This document shows positions 1 to 8,989 of a stretch of 64,000 bases of DNA, one piece after another. The translations under genes were made by a program, and so were the position numbers. How positions within the stretch are numbered: position 1 is the first letter of the stretch; every line of letters begins with the position of its first letter. The stretch lies in the NCBI GenBank assembly GCA_965204725.1, contig OZ242005.1, forward strand, positions 4,224,001 to 4,288,000. Direction: 5' to 3'. Source of the stretch: Candidatus Latescibacterota bacterium (GTDB lineage: Bacteria > Latescibacterota > UBA2968 > UBA8231). The notes beneath the pieces were generated by a model. That model saw only the letters and a list, made by a program, of their open reading frames with translations. It was not told the DNA's origin and searched no databases.

Positions 1-87
1 GATCAAACTGCATAGTGAATTTCTCCGAAGACTTGATGAAGGTTAAAAGATAAAAAACAGCACCCCAGTCTGCTACGAGTCCAAACT

Positions 88-1128
88 TCAGGCCGGGGTC
101 TCGACATGCGAGGGCAGGTTGCGCGTAAACCGCGCAAACAGTGCTTTGAGCGCAACGTCGCTGCGCGCCACAAGGCTGGTCACGATCACGGTTGCCCACA
201 CGCTGCGCCGCGAAATTTTGACCTGCTGCCCACTAGTAAAATCCGCGTGGGCGTGGATGCGGCGCAACGTCAGTACGGCCATGCCCAAGGCCCAAAGACA
301 GAACCGGCGAATGCCGGTTTCGCGCCCGGGGATGAGCAACGTGAACGCGAGTGCATTGCCGAGGTGCATCCGGGCCAAGCCGATCAGTTTGCCCAGCGCC
401 GTGCGGAACGCGGGATTGGTGTGGCCGGCCTCGAGTGAGCGCAAATCAAACCCGGCTTGCTCGAATACGTCTCGCGGCAGCCAACACGCGCCGCGCATTC
501 GGTCATCCCAGAGGTCCTTGAGGATGTTGGTCATCTGCAAGCCTTGGCCGAACGACACTGCGAGCGGCAACAGTTTCTTGCGCTGGCGGTCAATTTCCGC
601 CGAATAGTCGCAGAACAGCTCCGTGAGCATCTCGCCGACAACGCCGGCGACGTGGTAGCAATAGCGGTCGAGATGGGAGAGATCATCTAGACCTTTGAGG
701 CCCTGGCTCTGCTGAAACTCGGCCATGCCGTGCGACATGATTCGCACACAGCGCACGAGTGCAGCGCACTGCCGGTCGGAAAACCCTTGCGTGAGCCGGA
801 GCACCCGCGGGGTGTTGGCCACAAGCTGGTGTTCGGCGAGCGGCATGCTATCGGACAGGCGCGGCGCGAGCTGCTCGGCGAATGGGGCCGGCGGCTCCTC
901 GCCAGCGATAACCCGGATAAATCGCTCGGAAAACTCGCGCTTCCCGTCGGCCGACAAAGCCGGATCATCTTCAATGGTATCCGCGATGCGGCACAGCAGA
1001 TACGCGTTGCCTACGACATCGCGCAGGCCCGCCGGAAGCTGCGGAATGGTGAGCGCGAACGTGCGCGAGACGTCTTGCAAAATCGCGTGTTGCCACGCGA
1101 GATCAGCGGCGTGTTCATCAGTCGTCAT
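88..1128 (-). CDS. Squalene/phytoene synthase family protein (resembles one-step farnesyl-diphosphate farnesyltransferase)
   Basis: Motifs VSRTFA, CRIADTIEDD, YCYHVAGVVG, GLQMTNILKD and C-terminal FC...MAVLTL...VKISR. Confidence 0.9.
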   Translation of the reverse strand: MTTDEHAADLAWQHAILQDVSRTFALTIPQLPAGLRDVVGNAYLLCRIADTIEDDPALSADGKREFSERFIRVIAGEEPPAPFAEQLAPRLSDSMPLAEHQLVANTPRVLRLTQGFSDRQCAALVRCVRIMSHGMAEFQQSQGLKGLDDLSHLDRYCYHVAGVVGEMLTELFCDYSAEIDRQRKKLLPLAVSFGQGLQMTNILKDLWDDRMRGACWLPRDVFEQAGFDLRSLEAGHTNPAFRTALGKLIGLARMHLGNALAFTLLIPGRETGIRRFCLWALGMAVLTLRRIHAHADFTSGQQVKISRRSVWATVIVTSLVARSDVALKALFARFTRNLPSHVETPA

Positions 1129-1221
1129 GGCTATCTCAAACTATTTCAATATAATATACAATCAAACAGGCCCTTGCACTGCCGCCGCCGCACCCGTTGG
1201 CGAAAACACAGCTTTATTGCG

Positions 1222-1833
1222 ATGGAAATAGACCTTAATCACCGATTCAAAGGCGTCAACTACATCGAATCGCCCAACCAAGGCGGCCTTTTTGCCCCGG
1301 GCGCACCCGACGCGATCATCATTCACTTTACGGCCACCACCAATGCCGAGGCGGCCATCCACACCCTCTGCGACGACCAGCGCGAAAACAAGGTCTCGGC
1401 CCATCTAGTGGTTGCCCGCGACGGCACCGTGACGCAGTTGTTGCCCTTTAACATCATCGGCTGGCACGCGGGCGTGAGCCAGTGGGGGACGCGCACCGGG
1501 TTCAACAAGTATGCAATCGGCATTGAGATCGATAACGCCGGCCAGCTTTGCGAGCGAAATGGCCGCTACGAGTCGTGGTTTGGGCAGGTATATCCGCCCG
1601 AGGAAGTGGTGCGCGGCGTACACCGCAACCAGTCGGAAGCCTCTTACTGGCACCGCTACCCAGCCGAGCAGCTAGAAGTCGTTGAGGCGATTTGCGCCGC
1701 ACTGATCCAATACTACGGCATCCAACACATTCTCGGCCACGAGGAAATCGCCCCTTCCCGCAAGGTCGATCCCGGCCCGGCCTTCCCCCTTGATGCCATG
1801 CGCACTCGGCTCTGTGGCCGACCCCTCGCCTAG
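1222..1833 (+). CDS. N-acetylmuramoyl-L-alanine amidase (AmpD/Amidase_2 family)
   Basis: IIIHFTA, VSAHLVV, GWHAG, IGIEI, GHEEIAPSRKVDPGP; start moved to ATG 1222 because the longer ORF overlaps the opposite-strand synthase. Confidence 0.9.
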   Translation: MEIDLNHRFKGVNYIESPNQGGLFAPGAPDAIIIHFTATTNAEAAIHTLCDDQRENKVSAHLVVARDGTVTQLLPFNIIGWHAGVSQWGTRTGFNKYAIGIEIDNAGQLCERNGRYESWFGQVYPPEEVVRGVHRNQSEASYWHRYPAEQLEVVEAICAALIQYYGIQHILGHEEIAPSRKVDPGPAFPLDAMRTRLCGRPLA

Positions 1834-1910
1834 GGGTAGCTGCTTTTCTGTGTTGATCCTTTCGGTTATATTCGCCCTTTCCCCTCTAACCCGTGGGAGG
1901 CGCGAAGCCC

Positions 1911-2045
1911 TTGGCAGTGCCCGCCATTGATGTCCGCGAATTGAGCAAGACCTATAAGGTTGTCGGGAGTGCGGCACTATTCAGGGGCGTCGGCCTAGCG
2001 ACGGTCCATTTTTTTATTTCAAAAAAGGACAATGGGAATGAGTAA
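1911..2045 (+). pseudogene. Possible 5' remnant of an ABC-transporter ATPase
   Basis: GGGAGG at 1895-1900, TTG at 1911, peptide MAVPAIDVRELSKTYKV resembles ABC ATPase N-termini; stop after 44 codons with no Walker A. Confidence 0.4.
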
Positions 2046-3027
2046 TAGACAAAGCGGCATGCACGTCGGGGTGCAAGGGATTGGGACCTCAAAGGTGGAG
2101 CTGGAGTTTCTGGTGCGACACGGGGTGACCCACATGGACGCCGTCGTTGAGGACAACGAGGTCGAGACCTTGGTGCGGCATAAGGCGGCGGCGGCCGAGT
2201 GTGGGGTGAGTATGGAGTCGATCCACATCAGCGTACCCAAAAGCATCACGCTGGCGCGGGACCCGCAGCGAGACCGAGACCTCGACGAGGTCTGCCGCTG
2301 GATCGAAAACGCGGGTACGGCCGGGCTGCGGGCATTGCTCTACAACTTCTGCATCCTGCCGCACCAGCGCACCGCTCCCACGCCCGGGCGCGGGGGCGTG
2401 ACGTACAGCTCATTTGACCTAGCGAAATTCGACAACGAAACGCTGAGCGAAGCGGGTGTGGTCAGCCGCGAAGAAGCGTTTGAGCGGGCGGCCTACTGGC
2501 TCGAGCGCGTGATTCCGGTAGCCGAGGAAAACAAGGTGCAGATGGCCTGCCACCTCAACGACCCGCCAGCACCTGTTCTGCGCGGCGTCGAGCGCTGGAA
2601 CTGGCCGGTGATGGAGGGGCTCAAGCACTTTTCCGAACTAGTCGATAGCCCGTATCACGGCTTTAATTTTTGCTGCGGCGTGGCGTCTGAGGGGCTGGAG
2701 AATCCAGCTGCAGAACTCTGCGATATTGTGCGCTACTTCGGCGAGCGGGGAAAGCTCTTCAATATCCACTACCGCAACATCAAGGGAGGGCTACACAATT
2801 TCCAAGAGGTCTGGCCCGACGAAGGCGACGTAGATATGCACGAGGTGGCATGCACCCTGAGGGACGTAGGCTATCAGTACATGCTGATGCCCGACCACGC
2901 GCCATCTCATCCCGACGACAAGGCACCCGAGGGCGTTTCGGGCCGGGTCCGCCAAGCCTGGGCCTTCCAGTTCGGGTATATCATCGCCATGATCCAAGCG
3001 GCTAATAAAGAAGCGCGAACTACATAG
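2032..3027 (+). CDS. uxuA: Mannonate dehydratase (UxuA family)
   Basis: LLYNF, VIPVAEE...MACHLNDPP, GFNFCCG, IHYRNIKG, PDEGDVDM, MPDHAP, AFQFGYI. Confidence 0.8.
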   Translation: MGMSNRQSGMHVGVQGIGTSKVELEFLVRHGVTHMDAVVEDNEVETLVRHKAAAAECGVSMESIHISVPKSITLARDPQRDRDLDEVCRWIENAGTAGLRALLYNFCILPHQRTAPTPGRGGVTYSSFDLAKFDNETLSEAGVVSREEAFERAAYWLERVIPVAEENKVQMACHLNDPPAPVLRGVERWNWPVMEGLKHFSELVDSPYHGFNFCCGVASEGLENPAAELCDIVRYFGERGKLFNIHYRNIKGGLHNFQEVWPDEGDVDMHEVACTLRDVGYQYMLMPDHAPSHPDDKAPEGVSGRVRQAWAFQFGYIIAMIQAANKEARTT

Positions 3028-3039
3028 GGCCTCTGCGGC

Positions 3040-3939
3040 ATGTTGATCCATTGCCTGAGGGCGGTGCCATTGCTGCTCCTGCTCAGTTCGTTTGGCGGAG
3101 CTCAGTCTCCAGAAGAAAATGCGTCAAGAGAAGACTTGGCGGCGTTGGCGAGCGTTGTCTATCTAGTGGGGGCGGCCAGTGGAGTGGCCCTGCTGGTCTC
3201 GCTGGGGCTGCTCGTCGCACGTTGGCGGTTGGGGACGGTGCAGGCGCGGCGCTTTGTATTGCGCGGCGACGAGCACCAACTACTCGCTCAATTGGAGCAA
3301 GGCCCCAACGGCGGAGAGCTGGAGTTGAGGGATGCCGACGGTGGAATTACCGCTGTGCTGAGCAACAGGCTCCGGTTGTGCGACCGCGAAGGACAGGTGC
3401 GGGCCGACTTGCGGCTGGAGAGCGACAAGGCCCCGCTGCTAGCGCTCTACGACGAGCGGGGCGAAGTGCGAGCGGGCCTTTCGCTGAGCGAAGACGGAGC
3501 CGGCAGCTTGGCCTTTTACGACGCGAGCGGGCAGCCGCGCGCGGGCCTAGGCAGCGGCCACGCCGGCGCTATGCGGCTGAGTTTCTTCGATGCCCAAGGA
3601 CGGATGCGGCTGCAAAGCGGCATCGAAGACGAAGAGAGGCCCTCGCTCAAACTCTACGATGCCCAAGGCGCAGTCCGCGCCACCTTGAGTGTGCGAGCCG
3701 ATGGCATGACCTTGCTCGAAATGCGCGACCAAGACAGCCAGACTCGCACCATCGTCGGCGTACTGGAGGATGGAATCGCTTGGCTTGGAGTTCTCGATGA
3801 AGAGCAGCGTTTCCGCGCCGGGTTGGGCGTACCAAGCGGCGGGAACCCGCGGCTGGATTTCTACGACGAAGAGGGGGAGACGCAGGCCTCTTTGCACATC
3901 AACGACCAAGGCCGTTTTGCGACCGACCCAGATTCTTAG
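3040..3939 (+). CDS. Membrane-anchored hypothetical protein with tandem ~23-aa repeats
   Basis: Signal-like N-terminus, hydrophobic helix, then 8-9 units of L.(L/F)YD..G..RA.L. Confidence 0.75.
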   Translation: MLIHCLRAVPLLLLLSSFGGAQSPEENASREDLAALASVVYLVGAASGVALLVSLGLLVARWRLGTVQARRFVLRGDEHQLLAQLEQGPNGGELELRDADGGITAVLSNRLRLCDREGQVRADLRLESDKAPLLALYDERGEVRAGLSLSEDGAGSLAFYDASGQPRAGLGSGHAGAMRLSFFDAQGRMRLQSGIEDEERPSLKLYDAQGAVRATLSVRADGMTLLEMRDQDSQTRTIVGVLEDGIAWLGVLDEEQRFRAGLGVPSGGNPRLDFYDEEGETQASLHINDQGRFATDPDS

Positions 3940-3952
3940 ATTGGCTAAACGT

Positions 3953-4387
3953 TCACAGCTCGTCGTACCGGGGCACTTGGTCAATGAAGCCGCGATCGGC
4001 GACATAGCAATAGTGGACCAAGCCGTTGGTCACCAAAAGACAGCGGGCCTGAACCACGCGGTTGTACGCAGCAATTTGGTCGAAGGTCTGCTGACCGATG
4101 GAGGTGTCGGGCTCTTTGCACTCGGCCATTAGCAGGGCGCGGCCCGTGCGGTCGTGGACGACGACATCGGCGCGAAACCGCTTGCCGTGGAGGTCAATGC
4201 TTTTCTCAATGGCGATCAATCCTCGCGGGTAGCCCAAGCCCGATACTAGATATTGCACCAAGTGCTGCCGCACCCATTCCTCGGGCGTCAATTGCACGTA
4301 CTTGCGGCGCAAAGGGTCGAGTATCTCGCGCTTGCCTTCGACGTGGCGGATGTCAAACTCCGCGGCCGGGAGGTCGAGGCGCTGCAT
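3953..4387 (-). CDS. Stand-alone type I restriction HsdR N-terminal (PD-(D/E)xK) domain protein
   Basis: LRRKYVQLTPEEWVRQ, RADVVV, MAECK, QIAAYN, VTNG; ATG at 4387 directly after the upstream stop. Confidence 0.85.
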   Translation of the reverse strand: MQRLDLPAAEFDIRHVEGKREILDPLRRKYVQLTPEEWVRQHLVQYLVSGLGYPRGLIAIEKSIDLHGKRFRADVVVHDRTGRALLMAECKEPDTSIGQQTFDQIAAYNRVVQARCLLVTNGLVHYCYVADRGFIDQVPRYDEL

Positions 4388-4388
4388 G

Positions 4389-6725
4389 TTATTTAAGCAA
4401 GAGCATCTTGTGGAATAGTGAGACAGTGCCCTTCTGTAGGCGCACGATATAAACTCCTGTGGCCACAGGTTTCCCGCTGGCGTCTGCCCCATCCCATTCA
4501 ACTTGATAAACGCCTAGTCCTGTATAGCCACGGGCGAGCGTCTTCACCTTCTTGCCCTGTACGTCGAAAATTTCTAAGCGCACCCGGCCCGGCTCTTCAA
4601 TGCGGTAGCGGATGGTTGTGGAGCTATTGAAAGGGTTGGGATAGTTCAGACCGAGGGCAAACTTCTGTGGCGCACCGCTTTGGTCGCCTTCCTCCTGCAC
4701 AGCCGTAACACCTCCAGAGGACTGGGCGGCAACCAAGTACACATCGTCGAGATAGAAAGTTCCGCGCAGGGAGCCGATGAAGCGCAGCGACTCAATGGGA
4801 CCGTCGAGTTTGTCCAAGCCGACCTCAAGCACCTGCCACTGATTTAGTTCCCAGTCCAATTGGTCCGTCAAATCCAGCCGGTTGCTGGTATCGCCGTTGA
4901 TAACCCAAGCCAAGGAAGGACGGAAGCCGCCGGTGGCGGTCCCGGGATGCAGGGCCAAGCGCAGCCCGACGTAGCCGACTGGGGCGACCGGAATGCGGGG
5001 CAAGAATTCAATGGTGAAACCGCGAGCTTCCACCCGCATCGCTCGCTGTCCGGCAAAGACGGTATCCGCATGGGTCGGGTCGAGTTGTGCGCTGTAGAGT
5101 GCGCCTTGATCCCAAGCGAGCTCGTCGGCAAAGAGGACTTGATCCTCTCTGGGCAGCACGGCGATAGAATGCACCAGTTTGGTCGCCTCGTCGCCTTGGG
5201 CGAGATGCACCACCAGTTTTTTGCGGCCGTTGTGCTCACCAGCCGAGAGGTCGGCTTCCAAGCGGTAGGTCTGGTCGTCTATTCGTTGCAACGGCCATGC
5301 TTCAGGGCCGCCCAGCGCAGTTAAGTCGGCCGTTAATTGGGCGGACCCAGCGCCTTCTACCTGCCGCTGGAGGCGAATCGTCGCACGCAGGGATAGCATC
5401 GCGCCGACGAGCAGGGTATCGGGGGGGGGGGATTCCCACGTGCCTTGGAGCGGGCTGGCCTCAATGCGGAAGACAGCTTGGGTTAAGTCATCGCTCGTCA
5501 CGTACAGGCCACCCGCCTCGTCGGTAATCAGCCCAACGGGCTTACCCCATACGGTCCTTCCGTTGGGATTGGGACGGAACCCGGTGAGAAAGTCGGCGAT
5601 GCGGGCATTGGATCCATCCGGCTCGGCAAAGAGCGCCATGACCTTGTAGCCGGGATCGTTGCCCAAGACACCGGCGCGGAAGGCGACAAACGCAGCGTGG
5701 CGGTACTGAGGAGGGAACTGGTCATGCTCGTAGAAATGCAGCGCCATGGGCGCCAAGTGGGCGGGGACGAGGGCGGCCGGACGCTCCATGCTGGCAACCA
5801 ATAGCGAGTCGGCACTAGTCAGCGGGAAAATCGCCCGTCGGTAGGCCCCAATGGAGAAATCGGTCCAGACTTGGTAGGCGTAAGCCAAGGGCCAACCATA
5901 GAAGCGGCCATCGCGGAGAGGGGTGATCCACTCCGGCGGCAGGTCTCGGCCTTCGCGGTCGTGTCCATTGCCCGCACCCCACAGCTCGCCGGTGACCGGG
6001 TGCAAGTCGAGGCCGATGGAATTGCGCAGCCCAGAGGCAAAAATTCGTCGGCCCGTGCCATCGGTATTCATCTGTATAATAGTGGACCGCTCCGGGTCGT
6101 CTTCACGGCACAAGTCGCAACTTGAGCCAACGTGGAAGTAGAGCTTGTCGTTGGCCTCGTCGAAGACCAGCGTATGGGTCACGTGCTCAGAGGCGCGTCC
6201 CATAAAGCCGGGCACTTCGGCGAAGACAGCGCGCTCCTCGTAAAAGCCATCCGCGTCCCGGTCTTCGAGGCGGTAAATCGCATCGTCGTCGGCAACGAAA
6301 AGCGCTCCTTGGTAGAAGGCGACGCTGTGGGGCCAGTGAAAATCATCGGCCACCTTGTACACAGTGTCGGCGCGACCATCGCCATCGCGGTCGGGCAAGG
6401 CCAATACCGTACCTTGGCGGCCAGAGGCCGGACGCCATTGATTCCCTCTCTGAGTCTTCATGTTGGCTACGTGCAAGACGCCTTGGTCATCCCAAGCCAT
6501 GAAGCGGGCTTTATCTACTTGATCGGAAAAGAGTTTGACCTTAAAGCCGGGCGGGAGATTGAGGGTGCGGCCGGGGAGACCTTCGACTGGCACAGATTCG
6601 AGGTGAAGGTCAATTTTGGGCGTTAAGCGAATCTGGCCGGGGGGGTACTCGGCGTGAAGGGCAGAACTCGCAAGGATACAGAGCAGGTAGGAAGAAACCA
6701 TGCGGATGGCAGACAGAACAGACAT
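4389..6725 (-). CDS. Secreted PQQ-dependent glucose/sorbosone dehydrogenase-like beta-propeller with C-terminal FlgD-Ig/T9SS-like domain
   Basis: LPPGFKV, GSSCDLC, ASGLRN, FYGWP, AHLAP, GKPVG, LYVTSD; C-terminus NYPNPFN...WDG...GVY. Start uncertain (6725 or 6701; ORF track gives 6752). Confidence 0.8.
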   Translation of the reverse strand: MSVLSAIRMVSSYLLCILASSALHAEYPPGQIRLTPKIDLHLESVPVEGLPGRTLNLPPGFKVKLFSDQVDKARFMAWDDQGVLHVANMKTQRGNQWRPASGRQGTVLALPDRDGDGRADTVYKVADDFHWPHSVAFYQGALFVADDDAIYRLEDRDADGFYEERAVFAEVPGFMGRASEHVTHTLVFDEANDKLYFHVGSSCDLCREDDPERSTIIQMNTDGTGRRIFASGLRNSIGLDLHPVTGELWGAGNGHDREGRDLPPEWITPLRDGRFYGWPLAYAYQVWTDFSIGAYRRAIFPLTSADSLLVASMERPAALVPAHLAPMALHFYEHDQFPPQYRHAAFVAFRAGVLGNDPGYKVMALFAEPDGSNARIADFLTGFRPNPNGRTVWGKPVGLITDEAGGLYVTSDDLTQAVFRIEASPLQGTWESPPPDTLLVGAMLSLRATIRLQRQVEGAGSAQLTADLTALGGPEAWPLQRIDDQTYRLEADLSAGEHNGRKKLVVHLAQGDEATKLVHSIAVLPREDQVLFADELAWDQGALYSAQLDPTHADTVFAGQRAMRVEARGFTIEFLPRIPVAPVGYVGLRLALHPGTATGGFRPSLAWVINGDTSNRLDLTDQLDWELNQWQVLEVGLDKLDGPIESLRFIGSLRGTFYLDDVYLVAAQSSGGVTAVQEEGDQSGAPQKFALGLNYPNPFNSSTTIRYRIEEPGRVRLEIFDVQGKKVKTLARGYTGLGVYQVEWDGADASGKPVATGVYIVRLQKGTVSLFHKMLLLK
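5421..5431. repeat. G11 homopolymer inside CDS
   Basis: 11 consecutive G encoding S-P-P-P on the minus strand. Confidence 0.9.
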
Positions 6726-6747
6726 GAGAAACTCCAGCGTTCTAGGG

Positions 6748-6801
6748 GTCATTCCCGCGAACGGACGTCACCCCGTGCTCCGACACGGGGCGGGAATCCA
6801 G
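6748..6801. repeat. Nested REP-like palindrome
   Basis: GTCATTCCCGC...GCGGGAATCCAG enclosing CGTCACCCCGTG-CTCCGA-CACGGGG. Confidence 0.65.
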
Positions 6802-6925
6802 AAAAGGACCAAGCCGACGCCTGTCAGCTTGAGCTTGAGATACGAGCCTTATTAGATTAAACAAAAACTTGGACTGCGTAAAAGAGTCGCTGGCAAACTC
6901 GGCGACTGGCTCGAGGAGCAGAATA

Positions 6926-8950
6926 GTGCATAAACGGTCAATTCTCATCGCGCTCGTGCTGACTACAGCACCGGCATCCGCCCAGATTTCGCTGTGGAAA
7001 CTAGGCGGGCAGGGCTTGCCTTGGAGTCAGAACGACAGCAGTGAAGTCTTTATCGACTTCGAGACCTTTCCTCGCTCCATAGCACCGACCTATTTTGATG
7101 GCAAAGAGAATATCCTCTCCCAGCTTCCCTTTTGGTCGCCTTTCAAGTTTCCCATCGACTTGGGCTACGAAGACGGCCTCATTCCGCGAGTCTGGCGTGC
7201 GGCCAACGGCTTCTATTGGTTCACGGCTGGAACCCTGACGACCGAGTGGGTTGACGGCGACAGTTCTTCTTACAGCCCTCCGGTGGCGCGTGGCATCAAC
7301 TCGGAGTGGTACACCTTTGATGTAGGGGTCCCAGTGCCAGCCGACCTAGTCGGGTTCTACACACCGCCGCACGGGTTCCGCGCCGACGGTACGCTTTTGC
7401 GCGACGATATCTTCAAGGCGTTTGAAGTCTCAATCGCCGAGGAGTTCGATCCAGTCCTCAACCGAGAGAACAACGACAACGACTATCACCGACTAGAGAA
7501 GCTAGTCGCCGATGTACCGCTCAATTTCGACGCCAACGTTCAACTCGAATTTCCCAAACAGTACGTGCGTTTTATACGCCTCCAGCGCAAGCCCTCCATC
7601 GACGATAAAGCCTTTGCCTCGGGCCAAGCCAATGTCCAGCAGGGGACCATCGGCGAATTTGAGCTCAAAGGGGAAGGGGTGCCCAAACGGGTGTTTTACC
7701 TCTCTAAGATCATCTTCCTAGGCCGCACGGTGAATTTCGGGCGTCTATTCTGGGACGCCGCCCCCATGCGGATGATCGATGGCGTCCCCACCCCCGTTGA
7801 CGACGCCCAAGCCCGACTCGCAATCTCCGTGCGCTCGGGCCGCGACGACGACCCCAATGTCTATCACGAGTTTACAGACACCGGGGCCGAGCGAACGGTC
7901 TCTCGCGAGCGCTTTGAGAACGAACTCAAGCAACCAGACCAGAGTACCGGCGGCCAGATCCAAGAGGGTAAGCCCGGCCTTAGAGCCTCGATCAGTTACG
8001 ACCAAGACAACTGGACCTTCTGGTCTTTTCCCATCGCTAGATCGGGGCAGCTCTCCCCGCTGGAACGCGGGAACCACATCCAAGTGCGACTCACCTTTGA
8101 GAGCAGTTCCTTCTTCGACTTCGTGCGGCTCGACTCGCTGTGGGTTGAGATTGCCCCGCCGTTGGCTTCGCAAGTCATAGGCGAGATCGCCCGCTTTGAC
8201 GAACCGACGCCGGACGGCGGCCTGACCGAGGTGTACTTAGGGGAGACGACGGACTTTACTTACGATGTCCGTGCCGAGTTCGACGCGGCAAGCCAGCCGG
8301 GCTTCGACACCATCCGGATCCGCACGGGCAGCCGCCCCCGGTTCAAACGGCTAGAGATGGGCCAGCCACTCCAAGCACTAGACCCCGCCGAAGTAGTCGA
8401 GGGAGAAAACGAGCTAGTCGTGCATCTGCCGCAGGCGGTCACGCGCAGCCGCAACCAACCAGTGCGGCTGGTCTTCGGCACAGAGGTTTTCATCTTTGCC
8501 AACACGTTTGCCGGCGAGGTTCTCGACACGAGCGGAGAGAGTCTTCCGCAGCAGATTGAGGCCGGCAACGCCACCGACGAGGTCAACACCAACAGCCTGC
8601 GGGTTTTGGGTGGTGCCCAAGAGGCCGGAGCACCCATCGAAAACCTATCCTTTTCAAGCGAGGTATTGACCCCTAATGGAGATGGCACCAACGATGTCTT
8701 GGCTATCAACTATACCTTGTTCCGCCTGCCCGGGCCGGTGCCTGTGGCTCTCAACATCTACAACTTGCGCGGCGTCCGGGTCGGCGGTCTAGAAGTTGGA
8801 ATGCAGGATGCCGGGCCGCAAACCGTGCAATGGGACGGCCGCGATGCGAGCGGCGAGTTATTGGTCCCAGGTTTGTACCTAGTAGAGGTCGCCCTCAAGT
8901 CGGAATTCAAAACCTACCGCCACCAGCAGCCGTTGGGCTTGGCTTACTAG
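6926..8950 (+). CDS. Secreted hypothetical protein with C-terminal FlgD-Ig domain
   Basis: GAGGAG then GTG 6926, signal peptide ending ASA-Q, C-terminal TPNGDGTND...IYNLRG...WDGRD...PGLY. Confidence 0.8.
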   Translation: MHKRSILIALVLTTAPASAQISLWKLGGQGLPWSQNDSSEVFIDFETFPRSIAPTYFDGKENILSQLPFWSPFKFPIDLGYEDGLIPRVWRAANGFYWFTAGTLTTEWVDGDSSSYSPPVARGINSEWYTFDVGVPVPADLVGFYTPPHGFRADGTLLRDDIFKAFEVSIAEEFDPVLNRENNDNDYHRLEKLVADVPLNFDANVQLEFPKQYVRFIRLQRKPSIDDKAFASGQANVQQGTIGEFELKGEGVPKRVFYLSKIIFLGRTVNFGRLFWDAAPMRMIDGVPTPVDDAQARLAISVRSGRDDDPNVYHEFTDTGAERTVSRERFENELKQPDQSTGGQIQEGKPGLRASISYDQDNWTFWSFPIARSGQLSPLERGNHIQVRLTFESSSFFDFVRLDSLWVEIAPPLASQVIGEIARFDEPTPDGGLTEVYLGETTDFTYDVRAEFDAASQPGFDTIRIRTGSRPRFKRLEMGQPLQALDPAEVVEGENELVVHLPQAVTRSRNQPVRLVFGTEVFIFANTFAGEVLDTSGESLPQQIEAGNATDEVNTNSLRVLGGAQEAGAPIENLSFSSEVLTPNGDGTNDVLAINYTLFRLPGPVPVALNIYNLRGVRVGGLEVGMQDAGPQTVQWDGRDASGELLVPGLYLVEVALKSEFKTYRHQQPLGLAY

Positions 8951-8989
8951 GCCTAGCCCCGATTGGTCCCCATCGCCTTTTCCTTTTCA

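Noticed and set aside
1-46. Possible 3' end of a plus-strand gene (IKLHSEFLRRLDEG-stop, 2-46)
   Set aside because: Too short to identify at the window edge
730-1221. 164-codon N-terminal extension of the amidase ORF
   Set aside because: Antisense shadow of the synthase gene; recognisable amidase sequence begins at ATG 1222
1222-4387. Amidase + repeat protein + nuclease as a prophage or defence remnant
   Set aside because: Interleaved with metabolic genes in mixed orientation; no phage structural, integrase or methylase genes
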